Source of the DNA: Convolutriloba macropyga
Taxonomy: Eukaryota
DNA: 64,000 nucleotides
Assembly (NCBI RefSeq): GCF_964194025.1
Contig: NC_134470.1
Coordinates: 80,972,001-81,036,000 of the forward strand
Reading direction: 5' to 3'
Shown: piece after piece, positions 11,480 through 24,903 of the stretch
Position numbering within the stretch: position 1 is the first letter of the stretch
Layout of the letters: the number at the start of each line of letters is the position of its first letter
Notes under the pieces: model-generated
What the model was told of the DNA's origin: nothing
Databases searched by the model: none
The model's input: the letters and a program-made list of their open reading frames with translations, nothing else
Position numbers and translations under genes: made by a program

Positions 11480-14475
11480 AACAAGGCGGCTCGGTAATGT
11501 GCGGTCGCACATAAAGTTCCGACCCCGCTCATCCACAATTTTGGCATAATTGTCTACCAAATGAAGAACAGATGGACAAAAACAAAAAATTCAAGTATTT
11601 CTCAAAAAAAAAAGATAGCCTCCAAAGAAAATAACTCAGTAGAGTAAAGAATGATTCATTAGATTGATGAGCTATGCCGATATTAAGAAAGCGAGCGAAG
11701 ACGAACGGCAAAATCAAACAACAACAACAACAAACATTAATTACATCAAAAAATTTATGTCCGTTTTAAAAATCAAAACTTAATAACAAAGTCAAAATAG
11801 CGTCAGATAAAACTGAAAATAAACAAAATAACTTGTAATTAACCAGACAAAAATGGTTATTCACCAGTTCATAATAAAGCTTTGTAGCAATTAGACAAAA
11901 AAGAACAAACTTTAAAGTTAGAAAATTCGCTGAATTTAAAAAAAAAACAATTAATTTCCAAGTAACGAAAACCATTAGGAATCAACTAAAATATCCCATA
12001 GGTTTACAATCACCAATGCTTCTATAGAAGGGAATTAAGAACTCTTGGTATTCAATTTTTTATGCAGTTACACAAAGAACAACAAATAGACAACAAACTA
12101 AAAATTAATTAAAACTTGCCAGAAAATGCTTTGGAAGCCGTAAAGCCATACTTTGGCTACCAAAATATGTTCAATTGCACCTTTGTCGAATAACGATACT
12201 GTATTATCTGGCCGCTCATAAATGAAAATAAGCAACAATTAGACAAAAAAAGAAAAAAATGCAAAATTATGTAATACTTGTTTTCTTTCGAAAAAAATTT
12301 ATTTCGAAAGACATGAAAGCCATTAATTACAAAATGAAAAAGATAATAAGTTCGTCTATTCTTCCAAAGGAAGCCCTTGAGACCTTAAATTATCCAGAAT
12401 ATGTCTTACGTCTACAAAAAGAACGTCAAATATGACAAAAATCAAAAATTCATTTACTTTTTTTGTGAAAAACACGCGTGGAAGCCAGTAAAGTCATAAC
12501 GAATTCTCCTAAAACATTAGATTTTGTGACACCAATCCCATTTAACACCTTCCCTTGAAATGTAATAAGTGCCCTCTCATGAATGAAACTAGGCAACAAT
12601 TAGACCAAAAAGAACAAAAGAAAGATTATGTAAAACTTGTTTTTATCGAAAAAAATTTATTTCCAAAGACATGAAGGCCATTAATTACAAAATGGAGAAA
12701 TTGAAAAGGTTTGTTTATTCTTCAAAGAGAAGCCTTCGAGACCTACAATTAACCGGAACATGTCTTACGTCTACAAAAAGAACGTCAAATATGACAAAAA
12801 TCAAAAATTAATTTACTTTTTTTTGTGAAAAACCCGTGTCGAAGCCAGTAAATTCATAACGAATTCGATAAAAAAATTAGATTTTGTGACACCAATCCCT
12901 TTTGACACCTTCTTCTGACAAAAATAATGTCATCTTTAACCTTTAATTAACGAGACCAGGTAACAAAAAGACAATAGCAGGAACGAAATTGCGAATTTGA
13001 AATGTTTATTTTTTCATTTTGGAAAACAATTGTTTTCAAAGTCATGAAAGCCATTATCTGTCTTCTAATATCAGAACTTTGGCTTATCTACTCTTCAAGT
13101 AAAAGCCAATCAAACCGGGTCATTGTACAGGAAATTAAATACGACTAAAAAGACAAAGTAAAAACGACAGTTAAAAACGAAATTAATAAAACCAAATTAA
13201 ATTCTTCGAGAAAGTATTGTTGAAGCGGTAAAGAACCACAATCTATATCTTTAAGGATTTAAATATTCTAAATTGTGCGTTATTTTGAACTTGAAATTTG
13301 TGATATATGAACTGACAATAACGTGATAATTTGACAAAATTAGAAAACATGAAATATACCTAATAATTTTTTAAAAATTTGTGAAATCTAGTAGTATCAA
13401 AGCCAGAACACCATAACTTAAGGCGTATAACCAATATAAAGACTAAACTTGAATTCAGCAAAAAGGAGGAGCACTCTTTGATTGCTGACACTAAGCTACA
13501 AGTTGACCAAAGTAAGAGAAAAATGGAAGCGAAGTTCAATAAGCCATTTTTTTTGAAATCAAATATTTTAAAAGTCAAAACGACCATAGGCTTTCAAGTA
13601 ATCAACTAGATAAATTAATTTCAAGCTAATTAGGAAGGCATTAGGACCTATCAATAGTGAGCTTTGATTTGAAATGTTCTGTTATTTAATTAATATAAAG
13701 ATCGTATTTTTTTTAAAAAACCGACTGATGACAATCCGAATTATTTTTGGATTGTGACGGTCCAAGATTGGTACAGAAATGGTCCTGCTAATGCTGATTG
13801 TCCATTAGGAATGTTTAATTATTGGAATGTCATTGATATAGATATTTTGTTTGTTAAAAAATCAAAAGTAAATGCTGGGTTTTTGATAATCAAGTTAGCA
13901 AAAATTGGCAAATTTTCATTTACAGAGCACTCTCAACGGAAGTTGAAGTGAAATTAGCCCCCTTTTCATTCTACAAAGATTGTGTTAGTGGTGTTTGGGT
14001 GTGCACTTCCTGCAAATTTAATCAGAGTGGACTAAAGAAACTTATTTCGTGCTGTTTTTGATAAAAAAATCTGAATTTTGTGAAATTTTTAGCCGGAATT
14101 TGTGACACAAAAAATTCAATGAAGATAGCCGATAATGTATTTTGTCTTTAAACGTAAAATCAACAATATTTTCATGAAAAATTTTAGTAAATTTTATCAA
14201 AATTGGCGAAATTGTAGTAAAAAAAATTCGAAAAAAGGTGAATGAAATCAACGGAATTCACTCTATTTTATCGAAAATTTAAACCGCGATATCTCCCTGT
14301 CAAAAACGAAAATCAAAAAAATCTTTTTAGTTCCATATTCTACGCTGGACAAGCTTTCTAATGATACCAGTCTCAACTCTCTACGATGAATACATCGATC
14401 GGCCAAAATTGACTGAACAAAAAAAACCCAGTTGAGTATATAGTTCCTCCTCCCCCCTCAAGAGGGGTCGGAACA
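11480..14475 (-). mobile_element. HINE family A, complete, about 3 kb
   Basis: 5' subTIR TGTTCCGACCCC within a short palindrome (14443-14475). The 3' subTIR, GTGCG hairpin and CTTGTT lie at 11480-11526. The 5' 200 bp match 61680-61870. Confidence 0.7.
12215..12912. repeat. Internal tandem duplication, about 360-bp period
   Basis: TGTCTTACGTCTACAAAAAGAACGTCAAATATGACAAAAATCAAAAATT and ...GTGACACCAATCCC recur about 360 bp apart. Confidence 0.85.
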
Positions 14476-15429
14476 ATAATGCCCTATATCTGGGTGAAAA
14501 ACAATTTGCTTATATTTTCCGTGCGCAATTAATAAGATCACCCGTACTCCAATTTGATTGAAAGATTGCTTTGAAATTATACTGGATAAAATTGAAAGAT
14601 AAATTTGAAATTTATAGGGGAAAATCAATAGTAATAACGAATAAAAATACAAAACTGAAATACTATGGTTCAATACTGATTTTACTGGGGTTTAAGTCAG
14701 AGAGAAAAGCTAGTTCTTGATTTTAAGGATAACTTTATTCTAGGTGGCAGCGAGTTGGTAAATGTTTTTTTGTAGTTGGTGGTTTTCTCATGGTCTTTTT
14801 AAAATTTACTTTTCTTTATTATAAACACTGATTAACTTGAGGTTCTTGGGAAAAACCAATTTTTATGGTGAGGTTGTCGATGATAGAACAAAAACTGATA
14901 AAGCTCAAATTTGTCCTGAGGAGACATCACTCTGACAGGTCCATTGTCCTATTTGATGTTCTCCCCAAATACAGATAACTTCTTGATTTAAATTAAATGT
15001 GTGATCATTAAGTGACTTACTGGATATGTATTTGGAAAAATTCATTATTATTAAGTCCAGATAACCATTTTTTTCGGCACAAAGTGTCAGCACAAAGTCA
15101 CAATTTCAAATAGCGGCCTAAAATGCGTGTGCAATCCATCGAACTGTTAGCTTTTAAATTTAATTCTATTCAACGAGGTCAAAATTAATAGAAATCAAAT
15201 AAGCTTTGTCAATTTAATAGGTTTTGTCGGATATCCTAAGCGTAGTCAATCTTAAGTCAGATTTCTGACAGTTAGTTCGACAATCCGTTCAAAATTTTAG
15301 AGATCTCAACTTTTGTCGGTCTTAATGCTTCTTGTCAAAGAGCTAAACTGAACGGAAAACAATCTGTCATAAGTTGATTTCATCCATCTCAATCTCAAAA
15401 GATCTATTCCTATATAAAGCCAACTATTT

Positions 15430-15772
15430 TCTAAGGTTGGAGGAGGGTGGAAGGGGGTGTACGGAGGGGGGTTAAGGGTGGGCGGCTGGGGGCGAGATGA
15501 CTGGGGGTCAAACTTTCAAGACTAAGAACCACCCTTCACACCCTGAAAAATATACTCAAAACAATTGCGGTGAATCGCATACTTAGAGAGTAGAAAAGTG
15601 TAAGGCTTTAAGAGAGCTGCTCGGCCACTTAATGCCCTCCGAGCGCTACCGGTTAATCCCGTTTTAGAGGACTAAAAGTCAAATGGGTCACACAAAAATC
15701 GGTCGAGTGAAAAATTGCATAAAAAAGGCCACAGTACTAATATAATTGCTACAAAATTCGTCTGAGAGCAAT
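15430..15772 (-). mobile_element. HINE family B, truncated
   Basis: G-rich block, shared body and terminal AATTGCTAC...GAGAGCAAT palindrome. Confidence 0.6.
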
Positions 15773-16792
15773 AAAAACATTACTTAAAAATTCAGTTGAA
15801 AAGCCACGGTTAACACAAAAGAATTGCTCGTTGTCGCGAAGTTTACTTAACTCTAAGGCTCTTTAACAATAAGCTTTCACAATGTTAGCAGCCTTTGAAA
15901 TTGTTAAATTACTAAAAGCTTTAACTTTTTTATATTAGCTTCGATGCATAATTCTTCAGAGTATAAAAACCAGCATAATTATGTCAGTCTCAAACAGTTT
16001 TTTCACAGTCCTAAAATATGTAGAAAATTAACGTCGATTTCTTGCATTTTGTCCTGTCATGTCATCTCTCTCCTCTCTTCTTTCTGTCGATTCTTCTTTG
16101 AACTAACCCTCACCAAAAGCGCAATATTTCATCAAGATTGATACATTGTGAATTTAAAAAAATTTATATTAAAATATTGTTCTTACATTTCCAATTGGAA
16201 AAATAGTCCTCTCTATTGTTTATCATTCATGACAATCTCATGACCACATTCAGTGCATTCGTAGTACGTACCGTAGAAACACTGGATTTGCTTCACTGGA
16301 TTTTGTGAGGATACATTAGATTACTAAAAAGGAACGAGGACAGAGGTAATTTTTGAACATTTGTATATTTGCTTAAGCGAGTTGCGAATCTAAGGAAAAC
16401 CAGTAGCACAATACCGCAAATAAAATAAGATCTGAGCACAATTTCTGACCCAAAACTACCAAAAATAGCTGACTTCAATGGGGATCTAATTTACCTTAGA
16501 GATAGAAACGAATCGGTTTCAGTTCTAAAGGCAATAAATTAGCTCAGATAACTAGAATAATAACTTGAATAATAACTAGCTTTAAGTCGACATACAGCTC
16601 ACATCATCATAAACATCAGGATCAGAGAGTGTAAGTTAATTATAGTGCCCAAAATAATTTGAATTCACGTTTTGTCAACGTTTTCAGCTCTACAGAAATA
16701 TTAAGTCTTGCCAATCACAACGCGGAATGCCAAGCCGTTGAAAACAACTAATAGTTTTGATTTCAGTGCATACTTTGTCAGGTGTTAAATTC

Positions 16793-17122
16793 GGTGTCAG
16801 GGCAATTTACCCAATTCCATTATACCCAATGCCATTATACCCAATGCCAACTTCATTTTACCTAATTCTTAAAATTACCAGAACGAATATTTAGCCGACT
16901 CTATAATTAAACAGCCCGTGGGAGTTGATATGAAACCATCACAACCGAACATGGGATTATAAATGTCTATATACCGTAGGAATTGATATGAAACTACCAC
17001 AACAGAACGTCGGATAATTGAACGAAAAGATCAAAGAGCATTGGGTAAGTTGACGTTGGGTAAAGTGGCATTGTGTAAAATGGCATTGGGTCAAATAGAA
17101 TTGGGTAAATTGTCATGTATCC
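16793..17122. mobile_element. Mutator (MULE)-type MITE
   Basis: GG...CC termini and imperfect TIRs built from 15-bp TTACCCAATGCCATT-type subrepeats. 9-bp TSD GTTAAATTC / GTTGAATTC (8/9 match). Confidence 0.75.
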
Positions 17123-18060
17123 GTTGAATTCTACCAAAATCAAAAATTCTACCATTTTATACACGTTTTGTCAAAAAATAACTGCTCGTATTATCAAACT
17201 TCAGATCTTAAAGTGTAACTTCGCTGTGCAGAAAATCACAAATCAATTAAAATATTTAAAAGACAACTGGTAAAAAAACAACTGAGAATATAAAAACAAC
17301 TGGTAATCGGCGCACCAAAAACTATACATGCAAGGTCTCAAAAACGGGCTGGCAAAATTAATCAAACAATGCAAAAAAAGACATTTGCATATATCTCTGA
17401 AGAATATGTCCAAAATAATACTCGACAAAAATAAGGGCTATGAAAACACATGACGAAATTCAAATAAACAGCTGGTTAGAAATATGATTATTTAAAAGCA
17501 TTCTTTGTCACATCATTACACTAACGAAAACAAAAATACCAATATACAGTCATGGTCCGGAATTTTTCAAATGTACAAAAAATTATCTTTATATTATCTT
17601 ATCCGTTTCTCTTTAGAATCTTTTAGAAAATGTTCCAAGCATATAAAGGTCTGCACTCAAAAATCTCAATTTTAAAGTTTGACTGACATTAAAAAATCCG
17701 TGCCTTCGCGTTAAGGGTATTCGGCAAACTTGCGTCCTCTTTTGGAAGCCTTTTCCACTCCAAATTAATGGCCAACTGTTTTGTTGCTTAAGTTCAACTG
17801 AAAAACCATATTCCCATGTACAGATAGCAATTTTCGTCCAATTTGGTCGTCTCCAATTCACAAATTTTGATAGCCAACTTTTAAAATAATAGCATTTTGA
17901 TTAGCTGACGCGGCCATTAAAAATTACCCAATTTAAAACAACAAAACTCAGAATTTTTCTTATTCGGTTCAGAACAAATGCAGCAACCAAGAAGTCACGG
18001 CTTAGTATTTTAAGGGAAATCACATCAATTAAGTAGTAAAATGTTCTCCTGAATGAAAAC

Positions 18061-18506
18061 ACGACCGACCAGCGGTTGGCTTTGGTAGAATCCAGCTGGG
18101 GCGAAGGGGGGCCAAGCGATTAGGGGAAGGGTAGGGTTGGGATGGCTGAACCAGTGGGGTTCCCAACCGCCAGGCAGAGGAGGGACGACGGCTGGGCTTG
18201 GAGGGGTGGTGATTGATTGAGTCGGGGATGACTGGTGGGTCAAACGTTCTTTCAAGATTAAGAACCGCACTTTGCGCCATAAAAATGTCTCCTCAAAACA
18301 GTTTTGGTAAATCGCATTCTTAGACACAGGTTAGGCGTAAGGATTTAAATGAACTTAATGACCTCTGCGCGTTACCGGTTTATTCTGGATTAAAAGTCAA
18401 ATTGGTCAGACGAAAAATAGGTCTAGCGAAAAGCGAAAAATTGCATTAAAAAGATCACAGAACTAATAAAATTGCTACAAACTTTTATATTGTGCTGCGA
18501 GCAATT
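18061..18506 (-). mobile_element. HINE family B
   Basis: G-rich cassette, shared body and GCGAGCAATT end. This explains the Pro-rich ORFs at 18025-18327. Confidence 0.6.
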
Positions 18507-19790
18507 GAAAAAACAACGGCGCCTTTCATAATTCTCAAGTTTACAGAAAGTAATTAGCCAATCGACATTTTGTTCTGATTATATCAAAACATTTTTGATA
18601 CAAAAAGATACGACAAGATCAAGAATATGAAACAGATGGCTGAAAAAGGTAATAATCACGCCTATAATTTTTCCTCCAAAATAAACTCACTGCGGAACTG
18701 TAAGCACCTTTTGTGGGGAAATGTTGAAAGAGTGAAGTATGCAACAAAATTAAGCTTCCCCATTATATTTGCGATAAAGTCTTCGTAGTTTCAGCCAACC
18801 CTATTGGCAAGTATTACGAATCGCAAACAATTTTCGGTCGTCAAAATAAACACAATCTCCTTAAAAAAACTCTAGTGTCCGAAAAACATTCTTTACAACC
18901 GGGGTTTCTTCAATAACTTTAACAACAACAAAAATCTGGCCAAAGAAATTATTTCTCTCGCAGGTAAAACTTGGAAATACTGAGGAAATGACGGGAAACG
19001 CTCACGAATGAGGAACTAGTTCAGTTTTGTTGAAAACATATGAGCACCAATAATTAAAGAGATAAAAGTAGTGATTAGCTCTAACAAGGAGACAAGAAAG
19101 TTGACTAGAATTTGTAATTCGAAGTGAAATCGACGCTAATTGACGCTCATTATGGTTTGAACATTACGCAACTGACGTCACATGCACACGTTAAATAACT
19201 AATCACGCAATAATCTCGACAAATTCCAAAAATGTTTCCGAACAAGCGCAAACTCGAAACAAAAACATGATACAATATACAGCTTTACAATTTACAAAAT
19301 GTTCACTCGTTCAGACACTAATAGATCAAAAATGAAGACATTAGAATACAAATACTAACAATTCATCAGCAAGCTCTGTATTTGTCGGTTCAGAAATGAA
19401 GCCCGAGATCATAAGCGCTTGTCCTCAAAAACGCAAAGCGCTCTCTTATAAGAAAAATTGAGAAAAATCTAACATTAGCTGCAACATATAATAGCACCAA
19501 TCAAGGCAAAAATCAGAGGTCATTACTGTGAAACTGTGTATCGCTCGAGATGTGGCCTAAACGTTCTCAATACGAAAAGCTCTAATTCAAAGACTAATTG
19601 GGCTGCTGCCTTTTTCACTGGTCGACTGATTTAATTGCCGACACAGGCATCAATCCACTCTTTCAGTATGGCATCTCAATCACATTACTTTTACTGGAAC
19701 TCCAAGAGGAGTTCGAAGTGAATATGTTACAATATCAGCCCGAAATAAAGGAAAGAAGAGGGTTCCAATTTCATCAGGTCCAGTTACTCT

Positions 19791-19917
19791 TCACTGTTGG
19801 GCACATTCGCCTGGACTAGCTCCCATTCCTCCAGCCGCGCCCGCGTCTCCAGCAGCTGGCAGACTCTTTAACTTAGCAAATACTCTTTTCTCGAGTTCTA
19901 TCACCTCTACAGGTTTC
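19791..19917 (-). CDS. DPCD: DPCD exon 4 (terminal)
   Basis: Acceptor TTTGTAG, phase 2. (R)KPVEVIELEKRVFAKLKSL...GECAQQ* matches the DPCD C-terminus (KPKEVV...DCKTQ in human). Not in the ORF track. Confidence 0.85.
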
Positions 19918-20118
19918 CTACAAAGCAAAGCCTGTTTCCTTTTTATTACGAAATTGGTCTTTTTAGTAATCTAAATTCCTCCTCTTTCGCAATTGGGACG
20001 GGAGGTCGTTTAATTTGAATAGAATTTAAGGGTGTCTGGACAATTTACCCAACGCCATTATACCCAATGCCAACTTTGTTTAATCCCATTATAAAAATTA
20101 CCAGAACGACTATTTAGC

Positions 20119-21522
20119 AAACATAGTTGGTAGATTACCAGAAAATAGCCGCGATAGCTTTGTAGAGCTGCAATTTCAAAAAAATAGTAAAAGAAACAGA
20201 CCAAAAAGAAACATTTTAAATGCTGAGATGTTAACTTTTGATTAAAATCTGTTTATCTTATTGCTGCTTCTATTAGCTGCCCTCAAATACCATTTAATTA
20301 TAGTGACATGCACTCACTTGACCTTATCTCAATTATTACCTTATTTTAATTAAAGCAAAAAAGTCAATTTCAGATTGAAGTCATTTTTGAGAGAGTCATT
20401 TTTGAAGAGAGGCGCTTTTTGAAGTCATTTTTAAGTCACGTGCGACCAAAAACTTAATCACAGGAAAGAACAAAAAACATTCGCCATTAATAGTGGAAAA
20501 TGACAACACGCTCGCAATTTAGTTGAAATTGTATGAAGGAATGAACAAAAAGCAGATTTGTGAGGTCATATGGTCGTAACATCATGTTAACAAAAAAAAC
20601 ATGGTAGGACATGTCCTGACCTACATTTCAAAAAACTTTCATCGACTTAACAAAAACTAGAGCTCGAATAGACTATGAATGGACTGGGAAAACAATATAG
20701 AAAAAATCAGATCCAAAAAGTAGAAAAAAACAGTAAAAATCTACGTCAAAATGCCGCATGGGAACAAAAATCCACCAGCGTTCTCACTCTAATTTAAAAT
20801 TCCGGTAAAAAATCATCACGCTGCAAAATATCACCACTCGCTTTTTCTCTCCACTTCCTGCTTCCGTGTGACCAAAATCACTACTCCAATTTGACTTAAA
20901 TAAACATGAATATATGCAAACAGATCTTAAAAAACGTAACCGACTAACGTCGGGCGAATTACTCTCAAACAACCGGTTGGCTTTGTCAGTATTTAGCTGC
21001 GTTTTAATGAGGCTAGCTTTAGCTTAATAAAAGGGGCGTCAGGTGAGCACAGCGGGGGTGTATCGGGGGAGGGGGGCAACAGTGGGGGAGGGTCTTTGGC
21101 TGCACGGGGCCCTTACGGCCTGAACGATGTGCAGGGGTGGGTACTGGGGGGGGGGGGGGGTGAGTGAGGGGGGCTGATGTGGGAGGTGAGGTGTTGTGGG
21201 GGGTCAACTTCTAAGAACCGCCCTTCACTCCATAAGTATGTCTTCAAAACAGTTTCTGTGAATCGCATTTTTGGAGGCTAGTGAGCTGAAGGGCTCTAAG
21301 AGCACTTAATGCCCATTGGGCGCTACCTGTTTATCCCGTTTTTGAGGACGAAAAGTCAAAAACGTCAGACGAAAAATCGGACAAGCGAAAAATTGCATTA
21401 AAAAAGACCAACGGGACTAAAATGATTGCTACAAACTTCGTTTGAGAGCAATTAAAACAGCGCTTCAATACAATTCAAATTCTTTGAATTTTAATTGCCT
21501 CAGCTATCGGTTCGCGGCTATT
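20119..21522 (-). mobile_element. Composite HINE family D containing family F (20598-21490)
   Basis: D has subTIR AATAGCCGC / GCGGCTATT and hairpin TGGTAGATTACCA. F has hairpin AGGAC-AT-GTCCT and the TACAATTCAAATTCTTTGAATT palindrome. Confidence 0.65.
20933..21455 (-). mobile_element. HINE family B, complete
   Basis: Hairpin CCGACTAACGTCGG and subTIR AATTACTCTCAAAC at one end, palindrome ATTGCTACAAACTTCGTTTGAGAGCAATT at the other. Inserted in an A-run of family F with no TSD. Confidence 0.75.
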
Positions 21523-21744
21523 ATAAATGGCGCATATGACTTGATATGAAACTATTATAACCGAACATGGGATTGTATTGCCCGCTGATGTATAAAACAT
21601 CCTTAATAGCGACTGCTAATTTTTAACCCGATTATTGAATGAATATCAAACAGCATTGTTGAATTAGCAGTAAGTAAAGTTGCATTGGGTAAAATGGCAT
21701 TGTGTCATGTAAGTTAGAGAGCCATTTTAAAAATCAGATGAAAA

Positions 21745-21996
21745 TTAAGTAATGGTTAAGTGAATCTGCTTGAATTCACTGTGAAATTCTGGCGTTTATC
21801 GAGAACCGCGAAGCGGTTAGAGATATTAAGTCAGAATTTCGAACTTATGCAGAATCACTTAACCATGCTTAAAACACGAAACGCGCACGTTTTAAAATGA
21901 CGATAGTCAACTTCAGGCTAAGTAGCAACTTTTGGCATTTTAACTTCTGGCACTGCAGACTTTCGGCATTTTAAAATGTGCACGTCAGTGTTTTAA
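21745..21996. repeat. Second double-hairpin palindromic element
   Basis: Arms ATGGTTAAGTGAATCTGC / GCAGAATCACTTAACCAT surround AACCGCGAAGCGGTT. The adjacent hairpin is TTAAAACAC...TTTTAAAATGACGATAGTC / GACTTTCGGCATTTTAAAA...GTGTTTTAA. Confidence 0.6.
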
Positions 21997-22121
21997 ATTT
22001 CCATGCATACGGATGCTACGTTGAACTGAATTGAATATATTAAGCCAGGCCATGGGAATTGCTCTAATTGGATTTTTTTGTCAGACTGTCCACTTAACTT
22101 GTAACGAAAGGAAACAGATGC

Positions 22122-22335
22122 CTATAATGAACAACGAGAGTGTTATTACTGTGAGCAAATCTGACATTAGACTGTACAAGTTTGACTCCTATTCTGTCCA
22201 TGGAGGGAATGGGAAGTTTCTTGAAGTACTTCTTGTTACTTGTCCTCACTACAATCCTGTTCTCTTCTGTATTCACATTTACATCGTATACTTCTAAGGG
22301 GTAGGGCAGGTTGCGTATCCTCCACTCAAAGTTAT
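22122..22335 (-). CDS. DPCD: DPCD exon 3
   Basis: FEWRIRNLPYPLEVYDV...IVVRTSNKKYFKKLPIP...FAHSNNTLVVHY is diagnostic for DPCD. Acceptor TTGCAG; donor AG|GCATCT (GC). Confidence 0.93.
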
Positions 22336-22839
22336 CTGCAAACAAATCATTGAAGAATTCGCGAAAAAGAAAATTGATTATGATAATTAGTTCTTGATCT
22401 TCTTTAAAGATTTATTATTAGCATGCTTAGTTCAAACAATAATAGTGTTTTTAAGACTTCAATTCCAAGCTATCTATTTTCACGAAACAAATCAAATTTA
22501 GATACTAAACATCACTTATTTTTGGCTTATTTAGCGAAAAATAGTGCAAGCTGAACTCATTGGATATACAGGTAAGTATAGAAGTATGAAAATTGCCCTC
22601 TACACCGTTAAATCGTCTCAACAATTTCAGTGGAAATCACGCTTAGACACTAGTAAAGTTCTAAGAAAGGCGATGAGCTCAGGATTCACCAGTTTAACCC
22701 GTTTTCGAGGGACTAACGTGAAATCGGTCAGACGAAGAAACAATCACACAAAAATGGTATAAAAACATAACTGGCAGTATTTAAAAAAGATAACCAGGAA
22801 CAACAGACAGTTTTAATTCAAGGACCAACAACGACCAAA

Positions 22840-22842
22840 ACA

Positions 22843-22909
<67 letters not shown>

Positions 22910-22927
22910 GCACGCACACACGCACAC
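22840..22927. repeat. (CA)n microsatellite
   Basis: About 40 CA units with minor interruptions. Confidence 0.95.
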
Positions 22928-23722
22928 TAAAATCAATAAACATAGCTGGCAGGTTGCACAAAACCAGCTGTGATACCTTCATAGACATTTAGACTCTAAT
23001 TATAGAAAGGAATGAGATCTACAAAAATTAAGGAAAAATTTTCTGTTCTACTACATGTATTTAATCGATTTATACCTTAGTACTGTCAACTGCTCTCAAA
23101 TAACCTTCAATTTAATTAGGATATCCTCAAGAGACCTTCATTCCTCCGATTAAGAAAGGAGAAATCAATTTGAGAAAGGAGAAATATTTTTGAGAGTGAG
23201 GTAACTATTGAGGAAAATGAACCAAAGACTCGCTAAAAAAGTCGAAAAAAATGGAGTTACGCACGCACTTCAGTCCAAAGACTGCAAAATGATTAAAGCC
23301 TGAATTGATGTAAGCGTGCCGTTGCATGGTCGTGACAAAATCTTGATAAGGAATTTGATAACGTATCCGGAAGACTCCAGAATTGATTCGAAAAAATATT
23401 ATTCAAGCCAGGAAATTACCTGCTCATGTAATACTTTATACGATTATACTACTGGATTCAAATTAAAAATTTTGTTTTTCAACGAACGCTATAATGTTTA
23501 TCTTAAAACAATGACCACACATGAAAGACAAAATAAATGGATTCAGAAAATTTTATACATACAGCAAGGAAAATAATGATACGGGGTAAAAGTCAAAATC
23601 TGCCAAAAACTGAACGATCTCTACAATTAGCAACATTTCAAAAAGTTCACGGCGAAAAACAATGAACTCCATTTTTGGTTGGTCAGTGACAACTCACAGG
23701 TTTACAGCACAATAAAATATAA

Positions 23723-24072
23723 GCCGACTAATGTCGAAAGAATTGCTCACGAACGACATGCGGGTGGAAAACATATGACCACACCGGTATTCCAAACATT
23801 GACCTCCCTACCCCTAACCAGAAGCACTGCCTACTCGTATATCATGCCCTTCTTAATGCAATGCTGCAACCAATTTTATATTAGCAGCAAGCTTTAATTC
23901 GGAGTGAGAGCAATAGAGATCACTCAAAAATAAAGAACGAAAGCGTGAAAAAGTCACTTGAGAAGTCAAAGAATGTTCTAGAAGAAAAACGCTAAAACAG
24001 ACAGGCAAAAAATTTTCATTAAAAAACCAACAGTTTACAAAAATTGCTATGAATCTCGTTCAAGAGCAATTA
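23723..24072 (-). mobile_element. HINE family C
   Basis: Starts CCGACTAATGTCG + AATTGCTCACGAACG, ends CGTTCAAGAGCAATT. Body matches the 33533 copy. Confidence 0.6.
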
Positions 24073-24903
24073 ATGGCAAAAAACAGAGCAAAAAAACAAA
24101 AACTCAATTTAAATAAAACAGCAGATACTAATTATCTCATTATAAACACAAGCTATGAAACATTCAATTGTTTCCTCTTATTAACTACAGCACACTTGAA
24201 ACCAACCAGCTGAATATGAAAAATTCTAATAAGAGAAAAACTAATTGCAACGAATAATATGACCAGAATCTGTAAAAACGTGAACATAGAAAAAAGTGCC
24301 TGACAGGGCAAAAAAAACTTCAAAATTGCATTTTGAAGTCTAAAATAACTTTAACACAGTTAAAAATTACTCCAAAAAATCAAATTTATTGTCAAAATAT
24401 GTGTGAGCTCCATTTGGGCCGAAAGAATACAAGAGAAAACTATCAAAACTGTTTTGAAAAAGCTGCAAAAGAACAGAATACTCCAAATATCACAAAAAAA
24501 TTCACGCATACTTTCTCGCTCTCTCTATCAGAATAATTCTTAAACACAAACCACTCTACCTTTCCTCTTATTTTTAACTTTTGTACAACATATTGAACTA
24601 AACACTCGATTTCACGTGCCCATTGACTTATGGATCCTGTTTCAGAGACGCTTTAGCAATTTAAAAACCGCCGAAGATCACCATAGCTCGCAGAGTCGTG
24701 CACCAAGAAAAAAAACATAGCTGGCAGATTGCCAGAAAATAGTCGCAATAGATTTGCAGATCTGCAAACTCAAAAAGATTGAAAAAGACAGACTAAAAAA
24801 TAGTCTTTTCATTAAGAAATCAGATATTAAATTTTGATTCAGAATATGTATAACTTATTGCTGCTTCTATGAGCTGCTCTTAAGTAAACTTCAATTAGTA
24901 ATA

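Larger units (their letters stand above)
20031..21710. mobile_element. MULE-type MITE split by nested HINE insertions
   Basis: The left part 20031-20118 and right part 21525-21710 match the intact MITE at 16793-17122. Confidence 0.65.

Noticed and set aside
16800-17110. Short regularly spaced repeats resembling a CRISPR array
   Set aside because: These are 15-bp tandem subrepeats without unique spacers, inverted at the two ends of a MITE, in eukaryotic DNA with no cas genes.
19700-19793. TGA stop of DPCD as selenocysteine with a nearby SECIS
   Set aside because: The stop coincides with the family C-terminus, and the downstream ATGA...TGA lacks a paired helix and apical AA.
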